DNA of 64,000 nt. Source: Eledone cirrhosa (lineage: Eukaryota). This document shows positions 36,001 to 48,800 of the stretch, piece by piece. A program made the translations under genes and the position numbers. The stretch covers positions 14,446,001 to 14,510,000 of the forward strand of contig OZ024749.1 in NCBI GenBank assembly GCA_964016885.1. Direction: 5' to 3'. How positions within the stretch are numbered: the stretch's first letter is position 1; every line of letters starts with the position of its first letter. The notes beneath the pieces were generated by a model. It had not been told where the DNA came from. It saw only the letters and a list, made by a program, of their open reading frames with translations, and made no database searches.

Positions 36001-36757
36001 ACATACTATATGGCACATGTGTGCCACACATACTATATGGCACAGGTCTGTCACACTTACTATATGGCACAGGTCTCCCACACATACTATATGGCACAGG
36101 TCTTCCACACATACTATATGGCACAGGTGTACCACACGTACTATATGGCACAGGTCTTCCACACATACGATATGGCACAGGTCTTCCACACATACTATAT
36201 GGCACAGGTCTTCCACACATACTATATGGCACATGTCTTCCACACATACTATATGGCACATATCTGCCACACATACTATATGGCACAGGTCTTCCACACA
36301 TACTATATGGCACAGGTCTGCCACACATACTATATGGCACAGGTCTGCCACACGTACTATATGGCACAGGTCTTCCACACATACTATATGGCACAGGTCT
36401 TCCACACATACTATATGGCACAGGTCTTCCACACATACTATATGGCACAGGTATCCCACACATACTATATGGCACAGGTCTGCCACACATACTATATGGC
36501 ACAGGTCTTCCACACATACTATATGGCACAGGTCTGTCACACATACTATATGGCACAGGTCTGCCACTCATACTATATGGCACAGGTCTACCACACATAC
36601 TATATGGCACAGGTCTGTCACACATACTATATGGCACAGGTCTTCCACACATACTATATGGCACAGGTCTTCCACACATACTATATGGCACAGATGTGCC
36701 ACACATACTATATGGCACATGTGTGCCACACATACTATATGGCACATGTGTGCCACA
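1..36757. repeat. 27-bp tandem satellite, consensus CCACACATACTATATGGCACAGGTCTT, about 1360 units, runs off the left edge
   Basis: Uninterrupted 27-nt periodicity read directly. Variation is concentrated in the 4 nt after CAGGT (CTTC/CTGC/CTGT/GTGC/CTCC/GTAC/GTCC). Rare 25-, 26- and 28-nt units. Array ends at ...ggcacatgtgtgccaca (36757). Confidence 0.99.
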
Positions 36758-36861
36758 AGGTTTTTACGTGATTTGGAAAATTACTGAGATATTTTGAAAA
36801 CATGAGTGTTTTTAATGAGCTACACATGTGCATATGTATTACTTTGGTGTAAATTTCAATG

Positions 36862-39800
36862 GATGTACCCATTTTCTGGCAACTGATTGCTGAAGTGGAG
36901 GGTGGGGGCTGAGGTCAGGTACCCATCTATGGTAAGAGGACCTAGGCTTGCTGGGGTGGCTGTATGGCATTATTGAAGGGGTGGGGGTTGACTGCAGGTA
37001 CCCATCTATGGTAAAGGGACCTAGGATTGCTGGGGTGGGTGTAGGGCATTGTTGAAGAGGTGGGGATTGACTGCAGGTACCCATCTATGGTAAGGGGACC
37101 TAGGATTGCTGGGGTGGCTGTAGGGCATTGTTGAAGGGGTGGGGATTGACTGCAGGTACCCATCTCTGGTAAGGGGACCTAGGATTGCTGGGGTGGCTGT
37201 AGGGCATTGTTGAATTGGTGGGGGTTGACTGCAGGTGCCCATCTCTGGTAAGGGGACCTAGGATTGCTGGGGTGGGTGTAGGGCATTGTTGAAGGGGTGA
37301 GGGTTGACTACAGGTACCCATCTATGGTAAGGGGACCTAGGATTGTTGGGGTGGGTGTAGGGCATTGTTGAAGATGTGGGGGTTGACTGCAGGTACCCAT
37401 CTATGATTAGGCGCAGAGATTGCTGGGGTGGGTGTAGGGCATTTTTGAAGGGGTGGGGTTGACTGCAGGTACCCATCTAAGGTAAGGGGACCTAGGCTTG
37501 CTGGGGTGGGTGTAGGGCATTGTTGAAGGGGTGGGGATTGACTGCAGGTACCCATCTATGGTAAGAGGACTTAGGATTGCTGGGGTGGGTGTAGGGCATT
37601 GTTGAAGGGGTGGGGTTAACTGCAGGTACCCATCTTTAGGAAGGGGCAGAGATTGCTGGGGTGGGTGTAGGGCATTGTTGAAGGGGTGGGGGTTGACTGC
37701 AGGTACCCATCTATGGTAAGGGGACCTAGGATTGCTGGGGTGGCTGTAGGGCATTGTTGAAGGGGTGGGGGTTGACTGCAGGTACCCATCTCTTGTAAGG
37801 GGACCTAGGATTGTTGGGGTGGTTGTAGGGCAATTGTTGAAGGGGTGGGGGTTGACTGCAGGTACCCATCTATGGTAAGGGGCAGAGATTGCTGGGGTGG
37901 GTGTAGGGCTTTATTGAAGGGGTGGGGATTGACTGCAGGTACCCATCTATGGTAAGGGGACCTAGGATTGCTGGGGTGGCTGTAGGGCATTGTTGAAGGG
38001 GTGGGGGTTGACTGCAGGTACCCATCTATGGTAAGGGGACCTAGGATTGCTGGGGTGGCTGTAGGGCATTGTTGAAGGGGTGGGGGTTGACTGCAGGTAC
38101 CCATCTCTTGTAAGGGGACCTAGGATTGCTGGGGTGGTTGTAGGGCAATTGTTGAAGGGGTGGGGGTTGACTGCAGGTACCCATCTATGGTAAGGGGCAG
38201 AGATTGCTGGGGTGGGTGTAGGGCATTGTTGAAGGGGTGGGGGTTGACTGCAGGTACCCATCTCTGGGAAGGGACACAGATTGCTGGGGTGGGTGTAGGG
38301 CTTTATTGAAGGGGTGGGGATTGACTGCAGCTACCCATCTATGGTAAGGGGACCTAGGATTGCTGGGGTGGGTGTAGGGCATTGTTGAAGGGGTGGGGGT
38401 TGACTGCAGGTACCCATCTATGGTAAGGGGACCTAGGATTGCTGGGGTGGCTGTAGGGCATTGTTGAAGGGGTGGGGGTTGACTGCAGGTACCCATCTCT
38501 TGTAAGGGGACCTAGGATTGCTGGGGTGGTTGTAGGGCAATTGTTGAAGGGGTGGGGGTTGACTGCAGGTACCCATCTATGGTAAGGGGCAGAGATTGCT
38601 GGGGTGGGTGTAGGGCATTGTTGAAGGGGTGGGTGTTGACTGCAGGTAACCATCTCTGGGAAGGGACACAGATTGCTGGGGTGGGTCTAGGGCATTGTTG
38701 AAGGGGTGGGGGTTGACTGCATGTACCCATCTATTGTAAGGGGACCTAGGATTGCAGGGGTGGGTGTAGGGCATTATTGAAGGGGTGGGGGTTGACTGCA
38801 GGTACCCATCTATGGTAAGGGAATCTAGGCTTGCTGGGGTGGGTCTAGGGCATTGTTGAAGGGGTGGCGGTTGACTGCAGGTACCCATCTATGGTAAGGG
38901 GACCTAGGATTGCTGGGGTGGGTGTAGGAGATTGTTGAAGGGGTGGCAGTTGACTGCAGGTACCCAACTTTGGGAAGGGGCAGAGATTGCTGGGGTGGGT
39001 GTAGGGCATTGTTGAAAGGGTGGGGGTTGACTGCAGGTACCCATCTATGATAAGGGACAGAGATTGCTGGGGTGGCTGTAAGGCATTGCTGGAGGGGTGG
39101 TGGTTGACTGCAGGTACCCAACTTTGGGAAGGGGCAGAGATTGCTGGGGTGGGTGTAGGGCATTGTTGAAAGGGTGGGGGTTGACTGCAGGTACCCATCG
39201 ATGATAAGGGACAGAGTTTGATGGGGTGGCTGTAGAACATTTTTGAAGAAGGTGGGGGTTGACTGCAGGTACCCATCTATGGTAAGGGAACCTAGGCTAG
39301 CTGGGGTGGGTCTAGGGCATTGTTGAAGGGGTGGGGGTTGACTGCATGTACCCATCTATTGTAAGGGGACCTAGGATTGCAGGGGTGGGTGTAGGGCATT
39401 ATTGAAGGGGTGGGGATTGACTGCAGGTACCCATCTATGGTAAGGGGACCTAGGATTGCTGGGGTGGGTGTAGGGCATTATTGTAGGGGTGGGGATTGAC
39501 TGCAGGTACCCATCTATGGTAAAGCGCAGAGATTGCTGGGATGGGTGTAGGGCATTGTTGAAGGGGTGGGGTTGACTGCAGGTACCCATCTCTGGGAAGG
39601 GACAGAGATCGCTGGGGGTGGGTGTAGGGCATTATTGAAGGGGTGGGGGTTGACTGCACGTACCCACCTATGGTAAGGGCACCTAGGATTGCTGGGGTGT
39701 GTGTAGGGCAATGTTGAAGGGGTGGGGATTGGCTGCAGGTACCCATCTATGGTAAGGGTACCTAGGATTGCTGGGGTGGGTGTAGGGCATTGTTGAAGGG

Positions 39801-42800
39801 GTGGAGGTTGACTGCAGGTACCCATCTATGGTAAGGCGCAGAGATTGCTGGGGTGGGTGTAGGGCATTGTTGAAGGGGTGGTGTTGACTGCAGGTACCCA
39901 TCTATGGTAAGGCGCAGAGATTGCTGGGGTGGCTGTAGGGCATTGTTGAAGGGGTGGGGGTTGGCTGCAGATACAGATCTATGGTAAGGGGACCTAGGAT
40001 TGCTGGGGTGGGTGTAGGGCATTGTTGAAGTGGTGGGGGTTGATTGCAGGTACCCATCTCTGGGAAGGGGACCTAGGATTGCTGGGGTGGGTGTAGGGCA
40101 TTGTTGAAGGGGTGGGGGTTGACTGCAGGTACAGATCTATGGTAAGGGGACCTAGGATTGCTGGGGTGCGTGTAGGGCATTGTTGAAGGGGTGGGGGTTG
40201 ATTGCAGGTACCCATCTCTGGGAAGGGGACCTAGGATTGCTGGGGTGGGTGTAGGGCATTATTGAAGGGGTGGGGGTTGACTGCAGTTACCCATCTATGG
40301 TAAGGGAACCTAGGCTAGCTGGGGTGGGTCTAGGGATTTGTTGAAGGGGTGGGGTTTGACTGCAGGTACCCATCTATGGTAAGGGGACCTAGGATTGCAG
40401 GGGTGGGTGTAGGGCATTCTTGAAGGGGTGGGGATTGACTGCAAGTACCCATCTATGGTAAGGGGACCTAGGATTGCTGGGGTGGGTGTAGGGCATTGTT
40501 GAAGAGGTGGGTGTTGACTGCAAGTACCCATCTATGGGAAGGGACAGAGATTACTGGGTTGGGTGTAGGGCATTGTTGAAGGGGTGGGGTTTGACTGCAG
40601 GTACCCACCTATGGTAAGGGGACCTAGGCTTGCTGGGGTGGGTGTAGCGCATTATTGAAGGCGTGGTGCTTGACTGCAGGTACCCATCTATGGTAAGGGG
40701 ACCTAGGCTTGCTGGGGTGGGTGTAGGGCATTTTTGAAGGGGTGGGGTTGACTGCAGGAACGCATCTATGGTAAGGGGACCTAGGTTTGCTGGGGTGGGT
40801 GTAGGGCATTGTTGAAGGGGTGGCGGTTGACTGCAAGTACCCATCTCTGGGAAGAGTCAGAGATTTCTGGGGTGGGTGTAGGGCATTGTTGAAGGGGTGG
40901 GGGTTGACTTCAGGTACCCATCTATGGTAAGGGGACCTAGTATTGCTGGGGTGGGTGTAGGGTATGATTGAAGGGGTGGGGGTTAACTGCAGGTACCCAT
41001 CCTTGGGAAGGAATAGAGATTGCTGGGGTGACTGTAGGGTATTGGTGAAGGGTGGGGGATGACTGCAGGTACCCATCCTTGGTAAGGGGATATAGGCTTG
41101 CTGGGGTGGGTGTAGGGCATTGTTGAAGGGGTGGGGGTTGACTGCAGGTACCCATCTATGGTAAGGGGACCTAGGATTGTTGGGGTGGGTGTAGGGCAAT
41201 TGTTGAAGATGTGGGGGTTGACTGCAGGTACCCATCTATCATTAGGCGCAGAGTTTGCTGGGGTGGGTGTAGGGCATTGTTGAAGGGGTGGGGGTTGACT
41301 GCAGGTACCCATCTATGGTAAGGGGACCTAGGATTGCTGGGGTGGGTGTAGGGCATTGTTGAAGGGGTGGGGGTTGACTGCAGGTACCCATCTCTTGTAA
41401 GGGGACCTAGGATTGTTGGGGTGGTTGTAGGGCAATTGTTGAAGGGGTGGGGGTTGACTGCAGGTACCCATCTATGGTAAGGGGCAGAGATTGCTGGGGT
41501 GGGTGTAGGGCATTGTTGAAGGGGTGGGTGTTGACTGCAGGTACCCTTCTCTGGGAAGGGACACAGATTGCTGGTGTGGGTGTAGGGCTTTATTGAAGGG
41601 GTGGGGATTGACTGCAGGTACCCATCTATGGTAAGGGGACCTAGGATTGCTGGGGTGGCTGTAGGGCATTGTTGAAGGGGTGGGGGTTGACTGCAGGTAC
41701 CCATCTATGGTAAGGGGACCTAGGATTGCTGGGGTGGCTGTAGGGCATTGTTGAAGGGGTGGGGGTTGACTGCAGGTACCCATCTATGGTAAGGGGACCT
41801 AGGATTGCTGGGGTGGTTGTAGGGCAATTGTTGAAGGGGTGGGGGTTGACTGCAGGTACCCATCTATGGTAAGGGGCAGAGATTGCTGGGGTGGGTGTAG
41901 GGCATTGTTGAAGGGGTGGGGGTTGACTGCAGGTACCCATCTCTGGGAAGGGACACAGATTGCTGGGGTGGGTGTAGGGCTTTATTGAAGGGGTGGGGAT
42001 TGACTGCAGGTACCCATCTATGGTAAGGGGACATAGGATTGCTGGGGTGGGTGTAGGGCATTGTTGAAGGGGTGGGGGTTGACTGCAGGTACCCATCTAT
42101 GGTAAGGGGACCTAGGATTGCTGGGGTGGCTGTAGGGCATTGTTGAAGGGGTGGGGGTTGACTGCAGGTACCCATCTCTTGTAAGGGGACCTAGGATTGC
42201 TGGGGTGGTTGTAGGGCAATTGTTGAAGGGGTGGGGGTTGACTGCAGGTACCCATCTATGGTAAGGGGCAGATATTGCTGGGGTGGGTGTAGGGCATTGT
42301 TGAAGGGGTGGGTGTTGACTGCAGGTACCCATCTCTGGGAAGGGACACAGATTGCTGGGGTGGGTGTAGGGCTTTATTGAAGGGGTGGGGATTGTCTGCA
42401 GGTACCCATCTATGGTACGGGGACCTAGGATTGCTGGGGTGGGTGTAGGGCATTGTTGAAGGGGTGGGGGTTGATTGCAGGTACCCATCGATGATAAGGG
42501 ACAGAGTTTGCTGGGGTGGCTGTAGAACATTTTTGAAGAGGGTGGGGGTTGACTGCAGGTACCCATCTATGGTAAGGGAACCTAGGCTAGCTGGGGTGGG
42601 TCTAGGGCATTGTTGAAGGGGTGGGGGTTGACTGCATGTACCCATCTATGGTAAGGGGACCTAGGATTGCAGGGGTGGGTGTAGGGCATTGTTGAAGGGG
42701 TGGGGATTGACTGCAGGTACCCATCTATGGTAAGGGGACCTAGGATTGCTGGGGTGGGTGTAGGGCATTGTTGAAGGGGTGGGGATTGACTGCAGGTACC

Positions 42801-45800
42801 CATCTATGGTAAAGCGCAGAGATAGCTGGGATGGGTGTAGGGCATTGTTGAAGGGGTGGGGTTGACTGAAGGTACCCATCTCTGGGAAGGGACAGAGATC
42901 GCTGGGGGTGGGTGTAGGGCATTATTGAAGGGGTGGGGGTTGACTGCACGTACCCACCTATGGTAAGGGCACCTAGGATTGCTGGGGTCTGTGTAGGGCA
43001 TTGTTGACGGGGTGGGGATTGACTGCAGGTACCCATCTATGGTAAGGGTACCTAGGATTGCTGGGGTGGGTGTAGGGCATTGTTGAAGGGGTGGAGGTTG
43101 ACTGCAGGTACCCATCTATGGTAAGGCGCAGAGATTGCTGGGGTGGGTGTAGGGCATTGTTGAAGGGGTGGTGTTGACTGCAGGTACCCATCTATGGTAA
43201 GGCGCAGAGATTGCTGGGGTGGCTGTAGGGCATTGTTGAAGGGGTGGGGGTTGGCTGCAGGTACAGATCTATGGTAAGGGGACCTAGGATTGCTGGGGTG
43301 GGTGTAGGGCATTGTTGAAGGGGTGGGGGTTGATTGCAGCTACCCATCTCTGGGAAGGGGACCTAGGATTGCTGGGGTGGGTGTAGGGCATTGTTGAAGG
43401 GGTGGGGGTTGACTGCAGGTACAGATCTATGGTAAGGGGACCTAGGATTGCTGGGGTGCGTGTAGGGCATTGTTGAAGGGGTGGGGGTTGATTGCAGGTA
43501 CCCATCTCTGGGAAGGGGACCTAGGATTGCTGGGGTGGGTGTAGGGCATTATTGAAGGGGTGGGGGTTGACTGCAGTTACCCATCTATGGTAAGGGAACC
43601 TAGGCTAGCTGGGGTGGGTCTAGGGATTTGTTGAAGGGGTGGGGTTTGACTGCAGGTACCCATCTATGGTAAGGGGACCTAGGATTGCAGGGGTGGGTGT
43701 AGGGCATTCTTGAAGGGGTGGGGATTGACTGCAAGTACCCATCTATGGTAAGGGGACCTAGGATTGCTGGGGTGGGTGTAGGGCATTGTTGAAGAGGTGG
43801 GTGTTGACTGCAAGTACCCATCTATGGGAAGGGGACCTAGGCTTGCTGGGGTGGGTGTAGGGCATTTTTGAAGGGGTGGGGGTTGACTGCAGGAACGCAT
43901 CTATGGTAAGGGGACCTAGGATTGCTGGGGTGGGTGTAGGGCATTGTTGAAGGGGTGGCGGGTGACTGCAAGTACCCATCTCTGGGAAGAGTCAGAGATT
44001 GCTGGGGTGGGTGTAGGGCATTGTTGAAGGGGTGGGGGTTGACTGCAGGTACCCATCTATGGTAAGGGGACCTAGTATTGCTGGGGTGGGTGTAGGGTAT
44101 GATTGAAGGGGTGGGGGTTGACTGCAGGTACCCATCTATGGTAAGGGGACCTAGGATTGCTGGGGTGGGCGTAGGGCATTGTTGAAGGGGTGGGGGTTGA
44201 CTGGAGGTACCCATCTATGGTAAGGGGACCTAGGCTTGCTGGGGTGGGTGTAGGGCATTGTTGAAGGAGTGGGGGTTGACTGCAGGTACCCATCTATGGT
44301 AAGGGGACCTGAGATTGTTGGGGTGGCTGTAGGGTATTGGTGAAGGGGTGGGGCTTGACTGCAAGTACCCATCCTTGGTAAGGGGATCTAGGCTTGCTTT
44401 GGTGTGTGTAGGGCATTGTTGAAGGGGTGGGAGTTGACTACAGGTACCCATCTATAGTAAGGAGACCTAGGCTTGCTGGGGTGGTTGTAGGGCATTGTTG
44501 AAGGGGTGGGTGTTGACTGCAGGTACCCATCTACGGTAAGGGGACCTGAGATTGTTGGGGTGGGTGTAGGGCATTGTTGAAGGGGTGGGTGTTGACTGCA
44601 GGTACCCATCTATGGTAAGGGGACTTAGGATTGCTGGGGTGGGTGTAGGGCATTGTTGAAGGGGTGGGGGTTAACTGCAGGTACCCATCTCTGGGAAGTG
44701 ATAGAGATTGCTGGGGCGGCTGTAGGGTATTGTTGAAGGGGTGGGGTTGACTGCAGGTACCCATCTTTGGTAAGGGGATCTAGGCTTGCTGGGGTGGGTG
44801 TAGGGCAATGTTGAAGGGGTGGGGGTTGACTGCAGGTACCCATCTCTGGGAAGGGACAGAGATTGCTGGGGTGGGTGTAGGCCATTGTTGAAGGGGTGTG
44901 GGTTGACTGCAGGTACCCATCTTGGGAAGGGACAGAGATTGCTCGGATGGGTGTAGGGCATTGTTGAAGGGGTGGGGGTTGACTGCAGGTACCCATCCTT
45001 GGTAAGGGGAGGCTCGGCTTGCTGGGGTGGGTGTAGGGCATTGTTGAAGGGGTTGGGGTTGACTGCAGGTACCCATCTCTGGGAAGGGGACCTAGGATTG
45101 CTGGGGTGGCTGTAGGGCATTGTTAAAGGGGTGGGGGTTGACTGCAGGTAGCCATCCTTGGTAAGGGAACCTAGGCTTGCTGAGGTGGGTGTAGGGCATT
45201 GTTGAAGGAGTGGGGGTTGACTGCAGGTACCCATCTCTGGGAAGGGACAGAGATTGCTGGGGTGGCTGTAGGGTATTGTTGAAACGGGTGGGGGTTGACT
45301 GCAGGTATCCATACTTGGTAAGGGGACCTAGGCTTGCTGGGGTGGGTGTAGGGCATTGTTGAAGGGGTGGGGGTTGACTGCAGGTATCCATACTTGGTAA
45401 GGGGACCTAGGCTTGCTGGGGTGGGTATAGGGCATTGTTGAAGGGGTGGGGGTTGACTGCAAGTACCCATCTATGGTAAGGGGACCTAGGATTACTGGGG
45501 TGGGTGTAGGGCATTGTTGAAGGTGTGGGGGTTAACTGCAGGTACCCATCTATGGTAAGGGGACCTAGGCTTGCTGGGGTGGGTGTAGGGCATTGTTGAA
45601 GGGGTGGGGGTTGACTGCAGGTATCCATACTTGGTAAGGGGACCTAGGCTTGCTGGGGTGGGTGTAGGGCATTGTTGAAGGTGTGGGGGTTAACTGCAGG
45701 TACCCATCTATGGTAAGGGGACCTAGGCTTGCTGGGGTGGGTGTAGGGCATTGTTGAAGGGGTGGGGGTTGACTGCAGGTATCTATACTTGGTAAGGGGA

Positions 45801-48800
45801 CCTAGGCTTGCTGGGGTGGGTATAGGGCATTGTTGAAGGGGTTGGGGTTGACTGCAGGTACCCATCTATGGTAAGGGGACCTAGGATTACTGGGGTGGGT
45901 GTAGGAGATTGTTGAAGGGGTGGGGGTTGACTGCAGGTACCCATCTATGGTAAGGGAACCTACGCTTGCTGGGGTGGGTGTAGGGCATTGTTTAAGGTGT
46001 GGGGGTTAACTGCAGGTACCCATCTATGGTAAGGGGACCTAGGCTTGCTGGGGTGGGTATAGGGCATTGTTGAAGGGGTGGGGGTTGACTGCAGGTACCC
46101 ATCTATGGTAAGGGGACCTAGGATTACTGGGGTGGGTGTAGGAGATTGTTGAAGGGGTGGGGGTTGACTGCAGGTACCCATCTATGGTAAGGGAACCTAG
46201 GCTTGCTGGGGTGGGTCTAGGGCATTGTTGAAGGGGTGGGGGTTGACTGCAGGTACCCATCTATGGTAAGGGGACCTAGGATTGCTGGGGTGGGTGTAGG
46301 AGATTGTTGAAGGGGTGGCGGTTGACTGCAGGTACCCAAATTTGGGAAGGGGCAGAGATTGCTGGGGTGGGTGTAGGGCATTGTTGAAAGGGTGGGGGTT
46401 GACTGCAGGTACCCATCTATGATAAGGGACAGAGATTGCTGGGGTGGCTGTAAGGCATTGCTGGAGGGGTGGTGGTTGACTGCGGGTACCCATCTCTGGG
46501 AAGGGACAGAGATTGCTGGGGTGGGTGTAGGGCATTTTTGAGGGGCTGGGGCTTGACTGCAGGTACCCATCTATGGTAAGGGGACTTAGGATTGCTGGGG
46601 TGGGTGTAGGGCATTGTTGAAGGGGTGGGGTTAACTGCAGGTACCCATCTCTGGGAAGGAACAGAGATTGCTGGGGTGGCTGTAGGGTATTGTTGAAGGG
46701 GTGGGGTTTGACTGCAGGTACCCTTGTATGGGAAGGGGACCTAGGATTGCTAGGGTGGGTGTAGCGCATTATTGAAGGGGTGGGGCTTGACTGCAGGTAC
46801 GCATCTATGGTAAGGGGACCTAGGCTTGCTGGGGTGGGCTAGGGCATTTTTGAAGGGGTGGGGTTGACTGCAGGAACGCATCTATGGTAAGGGGACCTAT
46901 GATTGCAGGTGTGGGTGTAGGGCATTGTTGAAGGGGTGGGGATTGACTGCAGGTACCCATCTATGGTAAGGGGACCTAAGATTGCAGGAGTGGGTGTAGG
47001 GCATTCTTGAAGGTGTGGGGGTTGACTGCAGGTACCCATCTATGGTAAGGGGACCTAGGATTGCTGGGGTGGGTGTAGGGCATTGTTGAAGGGGTGGCGG
47101 TTGACTGCAAGTATCCATCTCTGGGAAGGGTCAGAGATTGCTGGGGTGGGTGTAGGGCATTGTTGAATGGGTGGGGGTTTGACTGCAGGTACCCATCTAT
47201 GGTAAGGGGACCCAGTATTGCTGGGGTGGGTGTAGGGTATGATTGAAGGGGTGGGGGTTGACTGCAGGTACCCATCTCTGGGAAGGGGACCTAGGATTGC
47301 TGGGGTGGCTGTAGAGCATTGTTAAAGGGGTGGGGGTTGACTGCAGGTACCCATCCTTGGTAAGGGACCTAGGCTTGCTGAGGTGGGTGTAGGGCATTGT
47401 TGAAGGAGTGGGGGTTGACTGCAGGTACCCATCTCTGGGAAGGGACAGAGATTGCTGGGGTGGCTGTAGGGTATTGTTGAAGGGGTGGGGGTTGACTGCA
47501 GGTATCCATACTTGGTTAGGGGACCTAAGCTTGTTATGGTGGGTGTAGGGCATTGTTGAAGGTGTGGGGGTTAACTGCAGGTACCCATCTATGGTAAGGG
47601 GACCTAGGCTTGCTGGGGTGGGTGTAGGGCATTGTTGAAGGGGTGGGGGTTGACTGCAGGTATCCATACTTGGTAAGGGGACCTAGGCTTGCTGGGGTGG
47701 GTATAGGGCATTGTTGAAGGGGTGGGGGTTGACTGCAGATACCCATCTATGGTAAGGGGACCTAGGATTGCTGGGGTGGGTGTAGGAGATTGTTGAAGGG
47801 GTGGGGGTTGACTGCAGGTACCCATCTATGGTAAGGGAACCTAGGCTTGCTGGGGTGGGTCTAGGGCATTGTTGAAGGGGTGGGGGTTGACTGCAGGTAC
47901 CCATCTATGGTAAGGGGACCTAGGATTGCTGGGGTGGGTGTAGGAGATTGTTGAAGGGGTGGGGATTGACTGCAGGTACCCAACTTTGGAAAGGGGCAGA
48001 GATTGCTGGGGTGGGTGTAGGGCATTGTTGAAAGGGTGGGGGTTGACTGCAGGTACCCATCTATGATAAGGGACAGAGATTGCTGGGGTGGCTGTAAGGC
48101 ATTGCTGGAGGGGTGGTGCTTGACTGCGGGTACCCATCTCTGGGAAGGGACAGAGATTGCTGGGGTGGGTGTAGGGCATTTTGAGGGGCTGGGGCTTGAC
48201 TGCAGGTACCCATCTATGGGAAGGGACAGAGATTGCTGGGGTGGGTGTAGGGCATTGTTGAAGGGGTGGGGTTTGACTGCAGGTACCCTTGTATGAGAAG
48301 GGGACCTAGGATTGCTAGGGTGGGTGTAGCGCATTATTGAAGGGGTGGGGCTTGATGCAGGTACCCATCTATGGTAAGGGGACCTAGGCTTGCTGGGGTG
48401 GGCTAGGGCATTTTTGAAGGGGTGGGGTTGACTGCAGGAACGCATCTATGGTAAGGGGACCTAGGATTGCAGGGATGGGTGTAGGGCATTCTTGAAGGGG
48501 TGGGGATTGACTGCAGCTACCCATCTATGGTAAGGGGTCCTAAGATTGCTGGAGTGGGTGTAGGGCATTCCTGAAGGGGTGGGGGTTGACTGCAGGTATC
48601 CATCTATGGTAAGGGGACCTAGGATTGCTGGGGTGGGTGTAGGGCATTGTTGAAGGGGTGGCGGTTGACTGCAAGTATCCACCTCTGGGAAGGGTCAGAG
48701 ATTGCTGGGGTGGGTGTAGGGCATTGTTGAATGGGTGGGGGTTGACTGCAGGTACCCATCTATGGTAAGGGGACCCAGTATTGCTGGGGTGTGTGTAGGG

